In this document: positions 23,061 through 33,068 of the stretch, in pieces
Numbering within the stretch: position 1 is the stretch's first letter
Layout of the letters: each line of letters starts with the position of its first letter
DNA from: a virus
IMG/VR virus record: IMGVR_UViG_3300023179_000030
Span: 32,001-96,000 of that record
Strand: one strand, 5' to 3'
Length of the DNA stretch: 64,000 bases
Made by a program: the position numbers and the translations under genes
The notes under the pieces: model-generated
Told to the model about the DNA's origin: nothing
Database searches by the model: none
Seen by the model: only the letters and a program-made list of their open reading frames with translations

Positions 23061-24248
23061 TTACTGGAACGATAGGTTAGCTACCGAAATTTCGCTTACA
23101 TAGTCCCCAGCGTTACCTAGAGAAGATGCAGTGTTGGTCAATTCCACGTATCCATAACGTGTCATGAAGCCAACGACTGGTTCAAAGGTGCTGGGATCTA
23201 GCACAACTCCAGAGCTCATCAAAGGAATATATGGGCAGTAGAATGCCGCAGCATCAGCTTCGCTGGATCCTTTATATCCAACTAGCACTGGCTGGGTATC
23301 TGGTGCATAGCTGTCAACATAGATTCTCATAGAACTGTTTAGGGTTCCAACAAACTTAGTGTTTGTAGGAGCTTCAAAAGTTCCTTCTGTAGTGCGAGCA
23401 AATGCACTGGTTGTTGCGCTTTGTAGCACGGTTAAGCTAGCTGGACTTACCACAGCCCAGTTACCTGCGCCGCGACGTGTACGCTGAGCGATCAAGTTAG
23501 CTGAACGATTGATAAGAACTGCCAATGCGGCGTGTTCGTCACCAACGAATGTAGCTGTACCAGATACGCTGGCTTGATCGTAAGCGTAGTCAGTTGCAGC
23601 TAGAGCGCGCAAGCTTGCTAGAACTTCTTGATCAATTTCAACTGTGATTTCCTGAGCCAAAGCTGCCATAATTTCAGCTTCGATATCAAGACCGTGCATA
23701 GATTGTGCATCTTGTGCAGCTTCAAAAGTCCAACGAGCGCTGAGCTTACGAGTTTTTGCTTCAACAACTTGCTTTAGAATTTGCACATTGATCTTACGAC
23801 CTGGCAAGCCTTCTAGAGCAGTTACAGAGCTAGCACGGCCAGTAGTCAAGCTACCAGAGTATGCAGTTGCAATCTTGAATGGGCTCAATGCTTCTTCACC
23901 TGCTGCTGTGCTGTCACCGAAACCTGCATTTGGGCTGGTCGCAGTGGCAGTTTCTGCATAACGCACACGTAATGTGTGAATCTGAGCAACTGGTCCTGTC
24001 ATTGGTTGTACGCCAACTAGTTCATTGGCGATAACTGTAGGCATAACTCGACGAATAACTGGTAGAATAACACGGTTAAGTGTTGCTACGTTACCCACGC
24101 TTGTTGCGCCTGCGCTGGCAGCTTCTGCCAAGTGTTTACGGGTGTTTTCTAAGATAACGCCCATTGTGGTTTTGCGTGAACCGCTAAGACCTTCTAACAG
24201 GGCGTCTTTTGTTTCGCCCCAACGGCCTTCTAATAGTGCTTGTGTCAT
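23061..24248 (-). CDS. gp23: Major capsid protein, T4 gp23-like
   Basis: LPVIRRVMPTVIANELVGVQPMTGPV, VEAKTRKLSARWTFEAAQD...HGLDIEAE, AAFYCPYIPL, FMTRYG motifs; synteny with gp20-21-22. Confidence 0.95.
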   Translation of the reverse strand: MTQALLEGRWGETKDALLEGLSGSRKTTMGVILENTRKHLAEAASAGATSVGNVATLNRVILPVIRRVMPTVIANELVGVQPMTGPVAQIHTLRVRYAETATATSPNAGFGDSTAAGEEALSPFKIATAYSGSLTTGRASSVTALEGLPGRKINVQILKQVVEAKTRKLSARWTFEAAQDAQSMHGLDIEAEIMAALAQEITVEIDQEVLASLRALAATDYAYDQASVSGTATFVGDEHAALAVLINRSANLIAQRTRRGAGNWAVVSPASLTVLQSATTSAFARTTEGTFEAPTNTKFVGTLNSSMRIYVDSYAPDTQPVLVGYKGSSEADAAAFYCPYIPLMSSGVVLDPSTFEPVVGFMTRYGYVELTNTASSLGNAGDYVSEISVANLSFQ

Positions 24249-24270
24249 TTATTTTTACTCCTGATTAGGG

Positions 24271-25368
24271 TTATTTAAGCCCTGCTAAACGCTTTATCTC
24301 AACTACATTATTATAGTCTGGTGATGCGTTGACTTTAGCAGTTTTATCACCTGTCACTTCTACACGACTCTCAGATACCATTTGCTTTTCAGCTTTGGGC
24401 ATTTGTGAGTTAGTAAGAACTGATGGTAGATACTTGTCAAATGCAGCCTTCAAATTGCTAGACTGCACGTTTTCAAGAAGCTGAACCATTACGGCTTGCT
24501 TCTCTTTGTTAAGAGGTTTCAGTAACTCATTTAGAGTTTCTTTGCGCTCTTGTGTTTCTTTTAAGATTTTAAGCTCACGGTCTCTTGACTCTATTAGAGC
24601 AGACTTCTTAGCCAATATTTTTTTAGCTTCTGAAATCTGTTTTTCTTTTTTCGCCATTGCGCTTGTTAGTTTGGCAATCTGTTGATTCTCATTGAGATGA
24701 GTGATTGCAAATTCACTGGCAAATGCTTCAAAAAGACGTCGGCCAAAATTGTTCTCACGAGCAATTTGGACATCCTCTTTAAGTTGAGTCAATTCTGAAT
24801 TTAGATGCTTCGACACTGATTCCTTGACTAACTTGGCGCTGGATTCCACAAATTTACGCTGTAATTGAGCTAGTTTTACCTTTGCTTCTTTTACTAGTTT
24901 AACTTTTGTGTTAACTACATCTTGTTTGTCTTTGGCAAATTCTTTGATTTCTTCGGCTAGTGTGTTGATTACAAACTGCTCTAAGCGACGTGTGGTGCTT
25001 TGAACTTGTTTGCGATCTTCATGTAATTCCTTTATTTCTTTTGATAAAGCACCCAATAGGAACTTGTCAAAAGTACCGGCGCTTTCTTGCATACGACGGT
25101 TAAAGCGAACTCTGTCAGCAGCAAGCTGATTTTTTTCTTCCGAAAATTCTAGAATTTCTTTTTGCAGACTTTCAGTGACCATTTTATCTAAAGCTTGTAC
25201 CATTACACCTTTATCGTGTTCATAGCGACCCGCGAATTCTTCGCGCAATTCTGCACGTAGTTGCTCTCGAGCTTCAGTTAATTTAGATTCCCAAGCTTCG
25301 CTGATAGCGTTGCGTGTTTCTTCATTGATGATGCCGCTGTCTATTAATGGTTTGATAACTTCAAACAT
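24271..25368 (-). CDS. gp22: Prohead core scaffold protein, T4 gp22-like
   Basis: Long coiled-coil, E/K-rich, between protease and capsid genes. Confidence 0.8.
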   Translation of the reverse strand: MFEVIKPLIDSGIINEETRNAISEAWESKLTEAREQLRAELREEFAGRYEHDKGVMVQALDKMVTESLQKEILEFSEEKNQLAADRVRFNRRMQESAGTFDKFLLGALSKEIKELHEDRKQVQSTTRRLEQFVINTLAEEIKEFAKDKQDVVNTKVKLVKEAKVKLAQLQRKFVESSAKLVKESVSKHLNSELTQLKEDVQIARENNFGRRLFEAFASEFAITHLNENQQIAKLTSAMAKKEKQISEAKKILAKKSALIESRDRELKILKETQERKETLNELLKPLNKEKQAVMVQLLENVQSSNLKAAFDKYLPSVLTNSQMPKAEKQMVSESRVEVTGDKTAKVNASPDYNNVVEIKRLAGLK

Positions 25369-25383
25369 GGATCATTTCTCCTG

Positions 25384-26022
25384 TTATATTTTTAAGTCTC
25401 TGATAAGGCGTTTTACTTCCTCAACCAAATACTTTTGTACCTTTTGATTTGCCCCGGCTTCTCTAGCCACCTCGAGTACCTTATGCCCATTACGCATGTT
25501 AAGTAATCCTTCATAGATAACTTTGGGATATGCGTTTGGTGCACTGGGTTGGGCAACAATATCAACTGTGACTATTTCAAAGTCACTAACATGCCCAGTA
25601 CTTTCGTTAACGTTTCCGCTACCTCTACTAGACACCCCTAACTTGACACCGCTTTCCAGCATTGTCTTGACTAGGTTCCCCATGGGGGTTGGTAATATTT
25701 TCAACTTACCAAACCCGTTGGGGCCATCCATCCACATATCAGTTATCATGTGTGCCACTCTGTCTAAGTTGATTTTTAAATCATCTGGATGATCTAATTC
25801 TCCCAAAACACTGTAACCATCTTTTAACTGAGATGCTATTGTTTGTACTGCACGACCTATCTCATCTGTAGGGTATACTCGTTGGTTAGCATTCTTTACA
25901 CCGCCCTGAATAAATATACCCTTCATGCAGAGATTCTTACCTTTACCATCATGAGTATCCTCTGCCAGAATTTCCATTCTGGCATTGTCAAAAGTAAGAT
26001 GTTCTCTGAGATATGTTGTCAT
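25384..26022 (-). CDS. gp21: Prohead protease, T4 gp21-like
   Basis: GIFIQG..KNANQRVYP, LGELDHP, LGVSSRGSG, DIVAQPSAPNA motifs. Confidence 0.93.
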   Translation of the reverse strand: MTTYLREHLTFDNARMEILAEDTHDGKGKNLCMKGIFIQGGVKNANQRVYPTDEIGRAVQTIASQLKDGYSVLGELDHPDDLKINLDRVAHMITDMWMDGPNGFGKLKILPTPMGNLVKTMLESGVKLGVSSRGSGNVNESTGHVSDFEIVTVDIVAQPSAPNAYPKVIYEGLLNMRNGHKVLEVAREAGANQKVQKYLVEEVKRLIRDLKI

Positions 26023-26030
26023 ATTAAAAA

Positions 26031-27038
26031 TTATTTGTTCACTACGCTCTTAGAGTTTACAGTCACTTTACCTGAAGTGGTTTGCCCTTCTGCGCCGTGG
26101 TTTTTAGAATATTCTTTACCGGCGCTGGACTTGTAACCAGTCTTTCCAGCATCGCCACCTGGACGATTTTGTACTTTACCAATTAGTTCACCGCCTTGCT
26201 TTAATAGACCACTGGGGTTCTTGCTTGGTGTTCCGCTTGGATCTTGATTCGCACCACCTTGATCAAATTTATGAGCTGTTCCGCCCATGTCGTTTTTTCC
26301 AGCAACTACGCTTTTGGTATTTTTTTCACCTTGCTTTTCAGTGCCGTGCCCTGTGCCCACCATGCTACCATTGGGGCTACCCTGATTTCCGGGGAAAGCA
26401 TCACCAATTTTTTCAGCGTATTCACGAATACGTTCGGCTTCGGTCATTTTTTTCTTAGCATCCTTCTTGGGCATTACCTTGACATCTTTCTTCTTAGCTT
26501 CCATAGGCATCATTGACATGTCGTCACCGGCCACTTCATCGTCACCCATGTCATCAGCTACATCACCATCATCGGCAACATCATCGACATCATCGACATC
26601 ATCGGCATCAAACTCATCTTCGCCGTCACCATCTGACATAAGAGCATCAAATTCTGCCTTTAATTCGTCAAGTGCGTCTTCAAGATCCATGACACGATCT
26701 TCTAATTCGCCTTCCTCACCACCGAATTCTTCCTCGCCTTCAAGATCTCCGTCATCGTCGAATTCTTCTTCGCTGTCGTCGAAATCTTCTTCGCTGTCGT
26801 CGAATTCTTCTTCGTCCGAATCAAAATCCTCGTCCTCGCTTACACCCTCTTCGTCGTTGGTTATTTCATCAACCATCGAATCAACTTGATTACCACCGAT
26901 ACCTTCTAAATCTGTTTCATCAATCAATGATTCGTAGATTTGGCGAGAACGTTCAACTACTATAGTATGAAATAATTCACGGGCTTGTTCTTCTTGCTCA
27001 TTAATGATAAATTCAATTAATTTGGAATATTTGTCCAT
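26031..27038 (-). CDS. Acidic prohead core/internal protein (335 aa)
   Basis: Extremely D/E-rich with DDSEE(E/D)F tandem 21-bp repeats (~26760-26815); sits between portal and protease like T4 gp67/68; AAGGAG RBS, TAAATA at 27070-27075. Confidence 0.6.
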   Translation of the reverse strand: MDKYSKLIEFIINEQEEQARELFHTIVVERSRQIYESLIDETDLEGIGGNQVDSMVDEITNDEEGVSEDEDFDSDEEEFDDSEEDFDDSEEEFDDDGDLEGEEEFGGEEGELEDRVMDLEDALDELKAEFDALMSDGDGEDEFDADDVDDVDDVADDGDVADDMGDDEVAGDDMSMMPMEAKKKDVKVMPKKDAKKKMTEAERIREYAEKIGDAFPGNQGSPNGSMVGTGHGTEKQGEKNTKSVVAGKNDMGGTAHKFDQGGANQDPSGTPSKNPSGLLKQGGELIGKVQNRPGGDAGKTGYKSSAGKEYSKNHGAEGQTTSGKVTVNSKSVVNK

Positions 27039-27131
27039 TGGGGAACTCCTTTAAAATATGCTTATATGTTATTTACATAAAACCGCGTTTTTATGCGTAA
27101 AATGTATGTTTTTTGGGCTTTTTTTCAAAAA

Positions 27132-27359
27132 TTACATGCCTAGACCGCCAGTTTCAGCTGGTGCATGATATTGATCTGCTATTTTTTCTAATTTTTTTTC
27201 ATGTTCCACTGCTCTAACATCATTCATTTTACGAAGCTTGTTAATCCTAGACAAAGTCAGCCTTGTCTTTCTTGTGTCTTTGACTGACAAGGCAGTGTTA
27301 TCATCAAGGTCTGTACGATACCCAGAATCTACATTATTAAATAATTCAGTGATATTCAT
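27132..27359 (-). CDS. Small head-module protein (75 aa; start re-assigned to ATG 27359)
   Basis: DTRKTRLTLSRINKLRKMND motif; TAAATA 5 nt upstream of the ATG. Confidence 0.7.
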   Translation of the reverse strand: MNITELFNNVDSGYRTDLDDNTALSVKDTRKTRLTLSRINKLRKMNDVRAVEHEKKLEKIADQYHAPAETGGLGM

Positions 27360-27384
27360 AGTTGTATTTACCAATTATCAAAAT

Positions 27385-29094
27385 TTATAGCCCCGGTGGG
27401 GGTGCTGGTTGCTCTGCTGTAGCCGCGGCACCCGCTTCAGGTGTTGCCGCCACGGGTGGCCCTTGCACCGCTGGTATATTACCCGCACCTGCACCCATTA
27501 AGTCAGATTCAAGACCACCTGGACTTATACCTACGCTTCTCAATCCAGCAGCTTCAGATGGGGCTTTGGTTGTGTCACCTTGCTCCTCGTTCCACATACG
27601 TTCGTTGTCACTCATTTCTTCCTCAGTCAATCCCAAATAACGACTTAATAAAAATCGCTTGGAAAGATAGGGATAAGCTTCCAATTGAGTAAATGATGAG
27701 ATTCTAGCACCGTCGACTTCTGCTTGACGATAGCTTGCAAAGTTTTGTGGTTCATTGAATTGCAAATCGAATAATCCGCCATCAATATTAATACCACGCC
27801 AACGCATGAAAAGCTTAAATTCTTGATCTAACTTTTCAACTATCATTCGCTGCAATCGAATACAATATTGGTTGAAGCGCCATTCCTGTATTAATGCTGT
27901 TCCGACTCTTCCATCACTAAAAGTATTACCATTGGTGGTGCCATCGTCCAACCCAGTGGGTAAATAGCTTGCTGGTATACGTAATCCTCTAAATAATTTA
28001 TTAGTGAAAAAATGAAGATCTGTTATTTCGCCTAAATTTTGCCCTCCCGGCAATGGTTCAACAGATGAACCACGACCATCAGCAGTAACTGGAAAGAAAA
28101 AATCCTCATTGGTAGATAACGGATTGTATGTTGCATCCATCATATTTTGTCCACCACCTGTTTGTGTGGGTATACGCCTTTGATGTACTTCATTTTTGAT
28201 ACGTTCTACAAAGGCCATGGCCATATGGCTAGGCATATTACCCACATCTATTTTAAATACTCTACGCTCAGGTGCACGTTGTACACGATATATTATGATC
28301 GCATCCTCAAGTAATTCCTTTTGTTTGAATACTTTGAACACATTTTCTAAGACACTATTCCCAAAAGGCCAGCTAAAATCCAGGCCCTCAGTTAATGTTA
28401 AATGAACTATATGCTCTGCATTTATTGCAGTTTCGTTTTGTGCTTTACTAAATCTACTACCCCCGCTATAGGGAGTTTTAGGTTGTATATAAGCGCCACC
28501 CGCACCACCAACTTGCGGATGATTGACACTGGTGTCGCTGGCATTGAGCTGTGTGGCTGTTAAATTTTCAAAATTCGGCGCTAGATCTTTAAGAACATAT
28601 TGCTCTGGCTTTTTACCTTCAGATTCATTGACTATTACTTTTGTAATCTTACCCATTTCTACCCAAAACAACTTAAATGTCTCCGGGTCTCTGATGAATA
28701 TTTGATCACCATACTTGATGGTATTACGAAACATTTTGAAGACACGTTTGTTTAACTCATTGAGACTGACCCATTGTATTAATTGCTCTCGAATAATTTT
28801 AATTTCGTTGTCGGTGGGTTTTTCCTTCCAAACAAATTTAAATGCAGTTCCGTTTTCTTCACTGGGCTGTGTACAAAATTCAGCTAATATATCCAGGGCC
28901 GCATTGACCTCAGAGTCCATGTCCATTTGTTCGTATTGGTTATATCGTTCTAATCTATTGGGATGACCCACATAAACGTCTGGCAAATTGCTTTGATAAT
29001 TTTTATATCCAAATTGTGCCTGCTGTACACCGCCGTTGATGGGACTTATTGATCCCGAAACATTAGCAGTCCTAAAATATTTTTTCCAGCTCAA
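27385..29094 (-). CDS. gp20: Portal protein, T4 gp20-like (TTG start)
   Basis: LLEDAIIIYRVQRAPERRVFKIDVGNMP, EDFFFP...GRGSSVEPLPGGQNLGEI.DL.FF..KLFRGLRIP; AAGAGG RBS before TTG; TAAATA at 29129-29134. Confidence 0.95.
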   Translation of the reverse strand: MSWKKYFRTANVSGSISPINGGVQQAQFGYKNYQSNLPDVYVGHPNRLERYNQYEQMDMDSEVNAALDILAEFCTQPSEENGTAFKFVWKEKPTDNEIKIIREQLIQWVSLNELNKRVFKMFRNTIKYGDQIFIRDPETFKLFWVEMGKITKVIVNESEGKKPEQYVLKDLAPNFENLTATQLNASDTSVNHPQVGGAGGAYIQPKTPYSGGSRFSKAQNETAINAEHIVHLTLTEGLDFSWPFGNSVLENVFKVFKQKELLEDAIIIYRVQRAPERRVFKIDVGNMPSHMAMAFVERIKNEVHQRRIPTQTGGGQNMMDATYNPLSTNEDFFFPVTADGRGSSVEPLPGGQNLGEITDLHFFTNKLFRGLRIPASYLPTGLDDGTTNGNTFSDGRVGTALIQEWRFNQYCIRLQRMIVEKLDQEFKLFMRWRGINIDGGLFDLQFNEPQNFASYRQAEVDGARISSFTQLEAYPYLSKRFLLSRYLGLTEEEMSDNERMWNEEQGDTTKAPSEAAGLRSVGISPGGLESDLMGAGAGNIPAVQGPPVAATPEAGAAATAEQPAPPPGL

Positions 29095-29142
29095 AATTAC
29101 ACCTCTTAATAGTTTTCTAACAACCGTATATTTAGTTCAAAT

Positions 29143-30891
29143 TCAGTTATATTTCTGATATACCCACAATGTTTGCCCACAATCCCAGATACGATCATAT
29201 CCTCGTTGCTGCATTATTTGCCACTCGGTTAATGATTTATCTGCCCCATCAGCCACTAATTTATGTTTTTGATATTGCAACCTAGAAAATCTATTTTTAT
29301 AATCGGTATAGAAATAACCTGGGGTGATTGACTTTTTTTCAAAACCTAACTTTTGATAAACCACACCTGTTCCCCAACGATTATCGCTATAGCTTAGAAC
29401 AGATTCCGGATTATGTCTTTTTAAAAATTCATTGAATAGTTTACCCGCAGCACCTGGTATATTCAAAGATGAACAAAATCTAATAATTTCCCATTGATAT
29501 TGTTTATTATATCTGGTCCGGGCAAATGTCATAACTGACACTAATTCGTCGTTGTAAGTCAGACCCAGTGAGATGTCGGCAGTGGCTGAACCTTGTAAAT
29601 GGTTTTCAGTTAAAAAATTATGTCTTTGATCTGTACTGCATTCAATTATTTTGCACTTTCTAGCAAACACAGTATTAGCCGTCAAGCCTAGGGCATTTTT
29701 TATTCTAAGTAGTACCGCAGCTTTTTTATATATCCACTCATCTTCGAATATAGTAAGTAATTTAACGCCAGCTTGCTGGCAGCTTAGAAATTTATTAAAG
29801 TGATAATTTCTATCTCGACCTGATGAAGCTTCTGAATGCCAGTATAACCCATTACACTCAATGGCTATTTTTTTGCTGGGAATGTATATATCAAGTTCTA
29901 GTGGTGCTATTAGGGTTCTGTCATTTCTTAAAATATTGTAGTCTGAACCCAACATGTTGGCTAAAGTTTCATATATCTCTGTTTCCAATTTGCTATACCA
30001 GGGAACTTCAAATAGTGTTGAAGCTTGATACTTTTTTGCATATAGATACAATGTATGTGCAGCTATTTGCAATTGTTCCTGCACTTGAGCTCTAGTCTTT
30101 TTATCAATAAAATTTAAAAACTGTTGACGATCACCAAGTATATTCAAGGTAGTTTGGCTTAGGGGTATTTTACTGGCCGCATCAACTCCATATCTATGTA
30201 ATAAAGTTAATTTTCTAAAGTTATTACTTTGTTCAATTTCCACTTTACTTTTATTCGCCAATGTAGTTTTCATTTTGGCAACTATGTTGGCATTTTTTAA
30301 TGGACTAGTAGTTTGATATCTCAATATGTTGGTTTGTTTTATCTTTTCAACTTGTGATTTATTTTGCATGTGGTGCTCTACACCATATTTTTGAATATAA
30401 GTTTGCTTGGTTTTTTCTGCTATACTATTAAGTCGTGATTCAGAAAATTCGGCTCGTGTTTTTTTAATTTTATCTGAAACAGTTGTTGATTGACTGGGCC
30501 AATCAACACCGAATTTTTTTTGATTAGTAGATTTTCGTCGTTGTTCTATATTTGGTATCATTGATACCGCGGTAACCCCATATCGTTGTTTTAGTGTTTC
30601 AGTTTGTTTATTGAGTCTAATAGTTTTAATGCACTGACATTTATTACCCAATACACATCCTGCTCTATAACCAAGATCAAATGTGTTAAACTGACGTTTA
30701 TTTCCAAATTCACAATAAGGAGGTGGACCATTTAAAATGATATACACACGTTCCATGATATTTTTAACTTCGACGTCAGTATATTGTGCATTGACCCAGG
30801 CTAATATTTCAGTATTACGCGATAACCAAGCAGGTAATGTGCTAGATTTGTGAGATGATAACCAAGATTGAATTTGTTCAATATGATGCAT
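29143..30891 (-). CDS. Second free-standing putative homing endonuclease, same architecture as 21435-22940 (start re-assigned to ATG 30891)
   Basis: Repeated K(R)YGV units, ELDIYIPSKKIAIECNGLYWHSE, LLTIFEDEW, FARKC...WEIIRFC...SYSDNRWGTG..Y...IWDCGQ. Confidence 0.75.
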   Translation of the reverse strand: MHHIEQIQSWLSSHKSSTLPAWLSRNTEILAWVNAQYTDVEVKNIMERVYIILNGPPPYCEFGNKRQFNTFDLGYRAGCVLGNKCQCIKTIRLNKQTETLKQRYGVTAVSMIPNIEQRRKSTNQKKFGVDWPSQSTTVSDKIKKTRAEFSESRLNSIAEKTKQTYIQKYGVEHHMQNKSQVEKIKQTNILRYQTTSPLKNANIVAKMKTTLANKSKVEIEQSNNFRKLTLLHRYGVDAASKIPLSQTTLNILGDRQQFLNFIDKKTRAQVQEQLQIAAHTLYLYAKKYQASTLFEVPWYSKLETEIYETLANMLGSDYNILRNDRTLIAPLELDIYIPSKKIAIECNGLYWHSEASSGRDRNYHFNKFLSCQQAGVKLLTIFEDEWIYKKAAVLLRIKNALGLTANTVFARKCKIIECSTDQRHNFLTENHLQGSATADISLGLTYNDELVSVMTFARTRYNKQYQWEIIRFCSSLNIPGAAGKLFNEFLKRHNPESVLSYSDNRWGTGVVYQKLGFEKKSITPGYFYTDYKNRFSRLQYQKHKLVADGADKSLTEWQIMQQRGYDRIWDCGQTLWVYQKYN

Positions 30892-30922
30892 TATATATTT
30901 AGCATTCACCTCGGAGTAGTAA

Positions 30923-33013
30923 TTAATATGCCGCGTTTAGAATACGTTGCTGGATATTTCTCGTATCTCTCATTTCTTCCAACAGTTCTCTAGTCAATTC
31001 ATTTTGTGATTGCATTTCTCTCAGCATTGGGCTGAAATCTATGTTCATGGGGATTCCGCCACCTTTAAGTGGTATAACTGCCTCTGGTCCAGATTCACCT
31101 ACAATGCTGGGTGTATTAGCGATGCCGCCCTGAGCTCGAGCTGGTAATCCATTAAGCTGTTTTCTAAGTTCATCAATTTCAGTCTGAAGTTTTTGTATAT
31201 ATTCCCTATTATCTTGAAATGCTGGATTAATATTCTGTACACTGCGTTCTTTGATCCCTATCAATGTGGAAATTTGTTCTGCTGTCAAAGATTTTTCAGC
31301 ATTTTTCTTATTATCATATTGTTTTTGTTCTTCGGGTGTGGGTCCAGGTCCTGATAAGTCATTTTCTCCAGTAACCGAGAACCCCGGGGCGGACTGCCCA
31401 TTGGTTGAATTATCCTCTTTAATACCTAATTTTTTAATTATTGCGGCTAAATCCCCCCTTATGATATCCCCCAGTATGTCCAATGATTCTGCAAACTTTT
31501 CTGCTGATTTGTAACCCAGTGTCAATGCTTCATTAACAAATTTTAAATTTTTAATTGTTAACCCTTCCATTTGAATTTTAAAGTTTTCCAGTCCCATCAC
31601 AGCTTGGTCTACTATACCCACCACTGATTTTTGAGCTTTTTCTGCTGCTTCGGTAGTGCTTTTGGATGCTTGAAGTTGTGCATCCACCATATTTGACTGT
31701 GCCGAATATGACCGTGTTACTGCTACTGTGGTGTCATTAATCATTTTTAATAGGTCTGGACCGTAACCCGCAGCAAAAATTTGATTTAGATCCTTATACT
31801 GTGCAGCAGCAACCTTAATTAATTCGGTATTGTCTTGAATAATTTTTGCCTGTTGCTCTTTGGATCTAGTAGTATCTTGATTGGTTGTAGACAACAGTTG
31901 TGTCACTACATTTGATATCTCAGGCATCATAGCTTGAAATTGTAACCCACCCTTGCTTATAACATTGCCGCCCTGGGCCACCATTTCCATGGCAAGTTTA
32001 CCAGCTTGTTCACCGTATTGCTGTGAAATTTGTGTTATTGCGGTATTTGTGTTTTGCCGTTGAGTTAGATCCATGGCATTAAGTGCTGTTTGATATGCTG
32101 CAACTTTTGTTCGCTCTTCTTGTTCACGTTTCAAAGCGTCAACACTTTTACCTGTCATCACACTTAACTCTTTCTGATTCAATAGATATTCCCTCGCACC
32201 TTTTTCCAAATCTCTTTGACTTTTTACTGCATTGTCACCGACTCTAGTTTGTGCAACCATGTAATCCGCTAATTCAGATCCCAAGTTTTCAAATCCACCA
32301 TAAATTGTTATTAGTCCTGGTCCCAATTTTTTTGTCATTGACGCAATTGACACCGCCGATGTCTGAGAATTACCTGCCAATTCAGCTAATTGTGCAGCAT
32401 TTTTACTGGCAAAATGCCCAAAAGTTTCTAAACTCAATCCCGCATTGGCTGCTTGTTGTTGTGCCTTTTCCAAACTTCCACCAAATATCATACCAACATT
32501 AGTTAACTTATTATAATTTGATACCAATGTTTGTGTAGCTTGTAATTGTTGTTTGGCCACTGCCAATGATATATCTACTGCCTTCATCGCTGCTTTGCCA
32601 GTGGCAGTTGACGCTTTTTCCAGAGAACTTCCTAAAAAAGGTATCCAAGCAGTGGCCGCACCTCCAACTTGGCTGAAAATATCAATTGTAGATTTTAATG
32701 CGTGTCCCACTAAATCCAAAACTGGAATAATAGCAGTAAAAGCCGATGTAGATCCCGAAACTGAATACCCCAAACTAGCTACACCGCCTGCAACACTGTT
32801 GGCTGCTGATTTGAACCCTGACCAAGATTTAGATATCTCATCTGTTTTGCTTGATAGCCTACTCAGAGCCTCTGCTTCGGCTGAAGCAGCACTGGCCATA
32901 TTATTGGTTGACCTTGCCATGGAAGCCAACGCCCTAGTCACCTCCTGTGCTTGAGCCGTAGTTAAATTTAGCTGGCTAGCCATCTGTCTAAGTGTTTCTT
33001 CGGTGTCGATCAT
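30923..33013 (-). CDS. Tape-measure-like protein (696 aa)
   Basis: Ala/Ser/Gln-rich helical protein; C-terminal A.GGI...SIVGESGPEAVIPL motif common in tape-measure C-termini; adjacent to gp26/gp51-like genes. Confidence 0.65.
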   Translation of the reverse strand: MIDTEETLRQMASQLNLTTAQAQEVTRALASMARSTNNMASAASAEAEALSRLSSKTDEISKSWSGFKSAANSVAGGVASLGYSVSGSTSAFTAIIPVLDLVGHALKSTIDIFSQVGGAATAWIPFLGSSLEKASTATGKAAMKAVDISLAVAKQQLQATQTLVSNYNKLTNVGMIFGGSLEKAQQQAANAGLSLETFGHFASKNAAQLAELAGNSQTSAVSIASMTKKLGPGLITIYGGFENLGSELADYMVAQTRVGDNAVKSQRDLEKGAREYLLNQKELSVMTGKSVDALKREQEERTKVAAYQTALNAMDLTQRQNTNTAITQISQQYGEQAGKLAMEMVAQGGNVISKGGLQFQAMMPEISNVVTQLLSTTNQDTTRSKEQQAKIIQDNTELIKVAAAQYKDLNQIFAAGYGPDLLKMINDTTVAVTRSYSAQSNMVDAQLQASKSTTEAAEKAQKSVVGIVDQAVMGLENFKIQMEGLTIKNLKFVNEALTLGYKSAEKFAESLDILGDIIRGDLAAIIKKLGIKEDNSTNGQSAPGFSVTGENDLSGPGPTPEEQKQYDNKKNAEKSLTAEQISTLIGIKERSVQNINPAFQDNREYIQKLQTEIDELRKQLNGLPARAQGGIANTPSIVGESGPEAVIPLKGGGIPMNIDFSPMLREMQSQNELTRELLEEMRDTRNIQQRILNAAY

Positions 33014-33068
33014 TTTTTTAACCCTGAGAATTTTGATAAGTATATAACATTATTTATTGGATTTAAAA

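Noticed and set aside
26225-26889. Ser-rich antisense ORFs opposite the acidic core protein
   Set aside because: Antisense consequence of GAA/GAC/GAT-rich codons.
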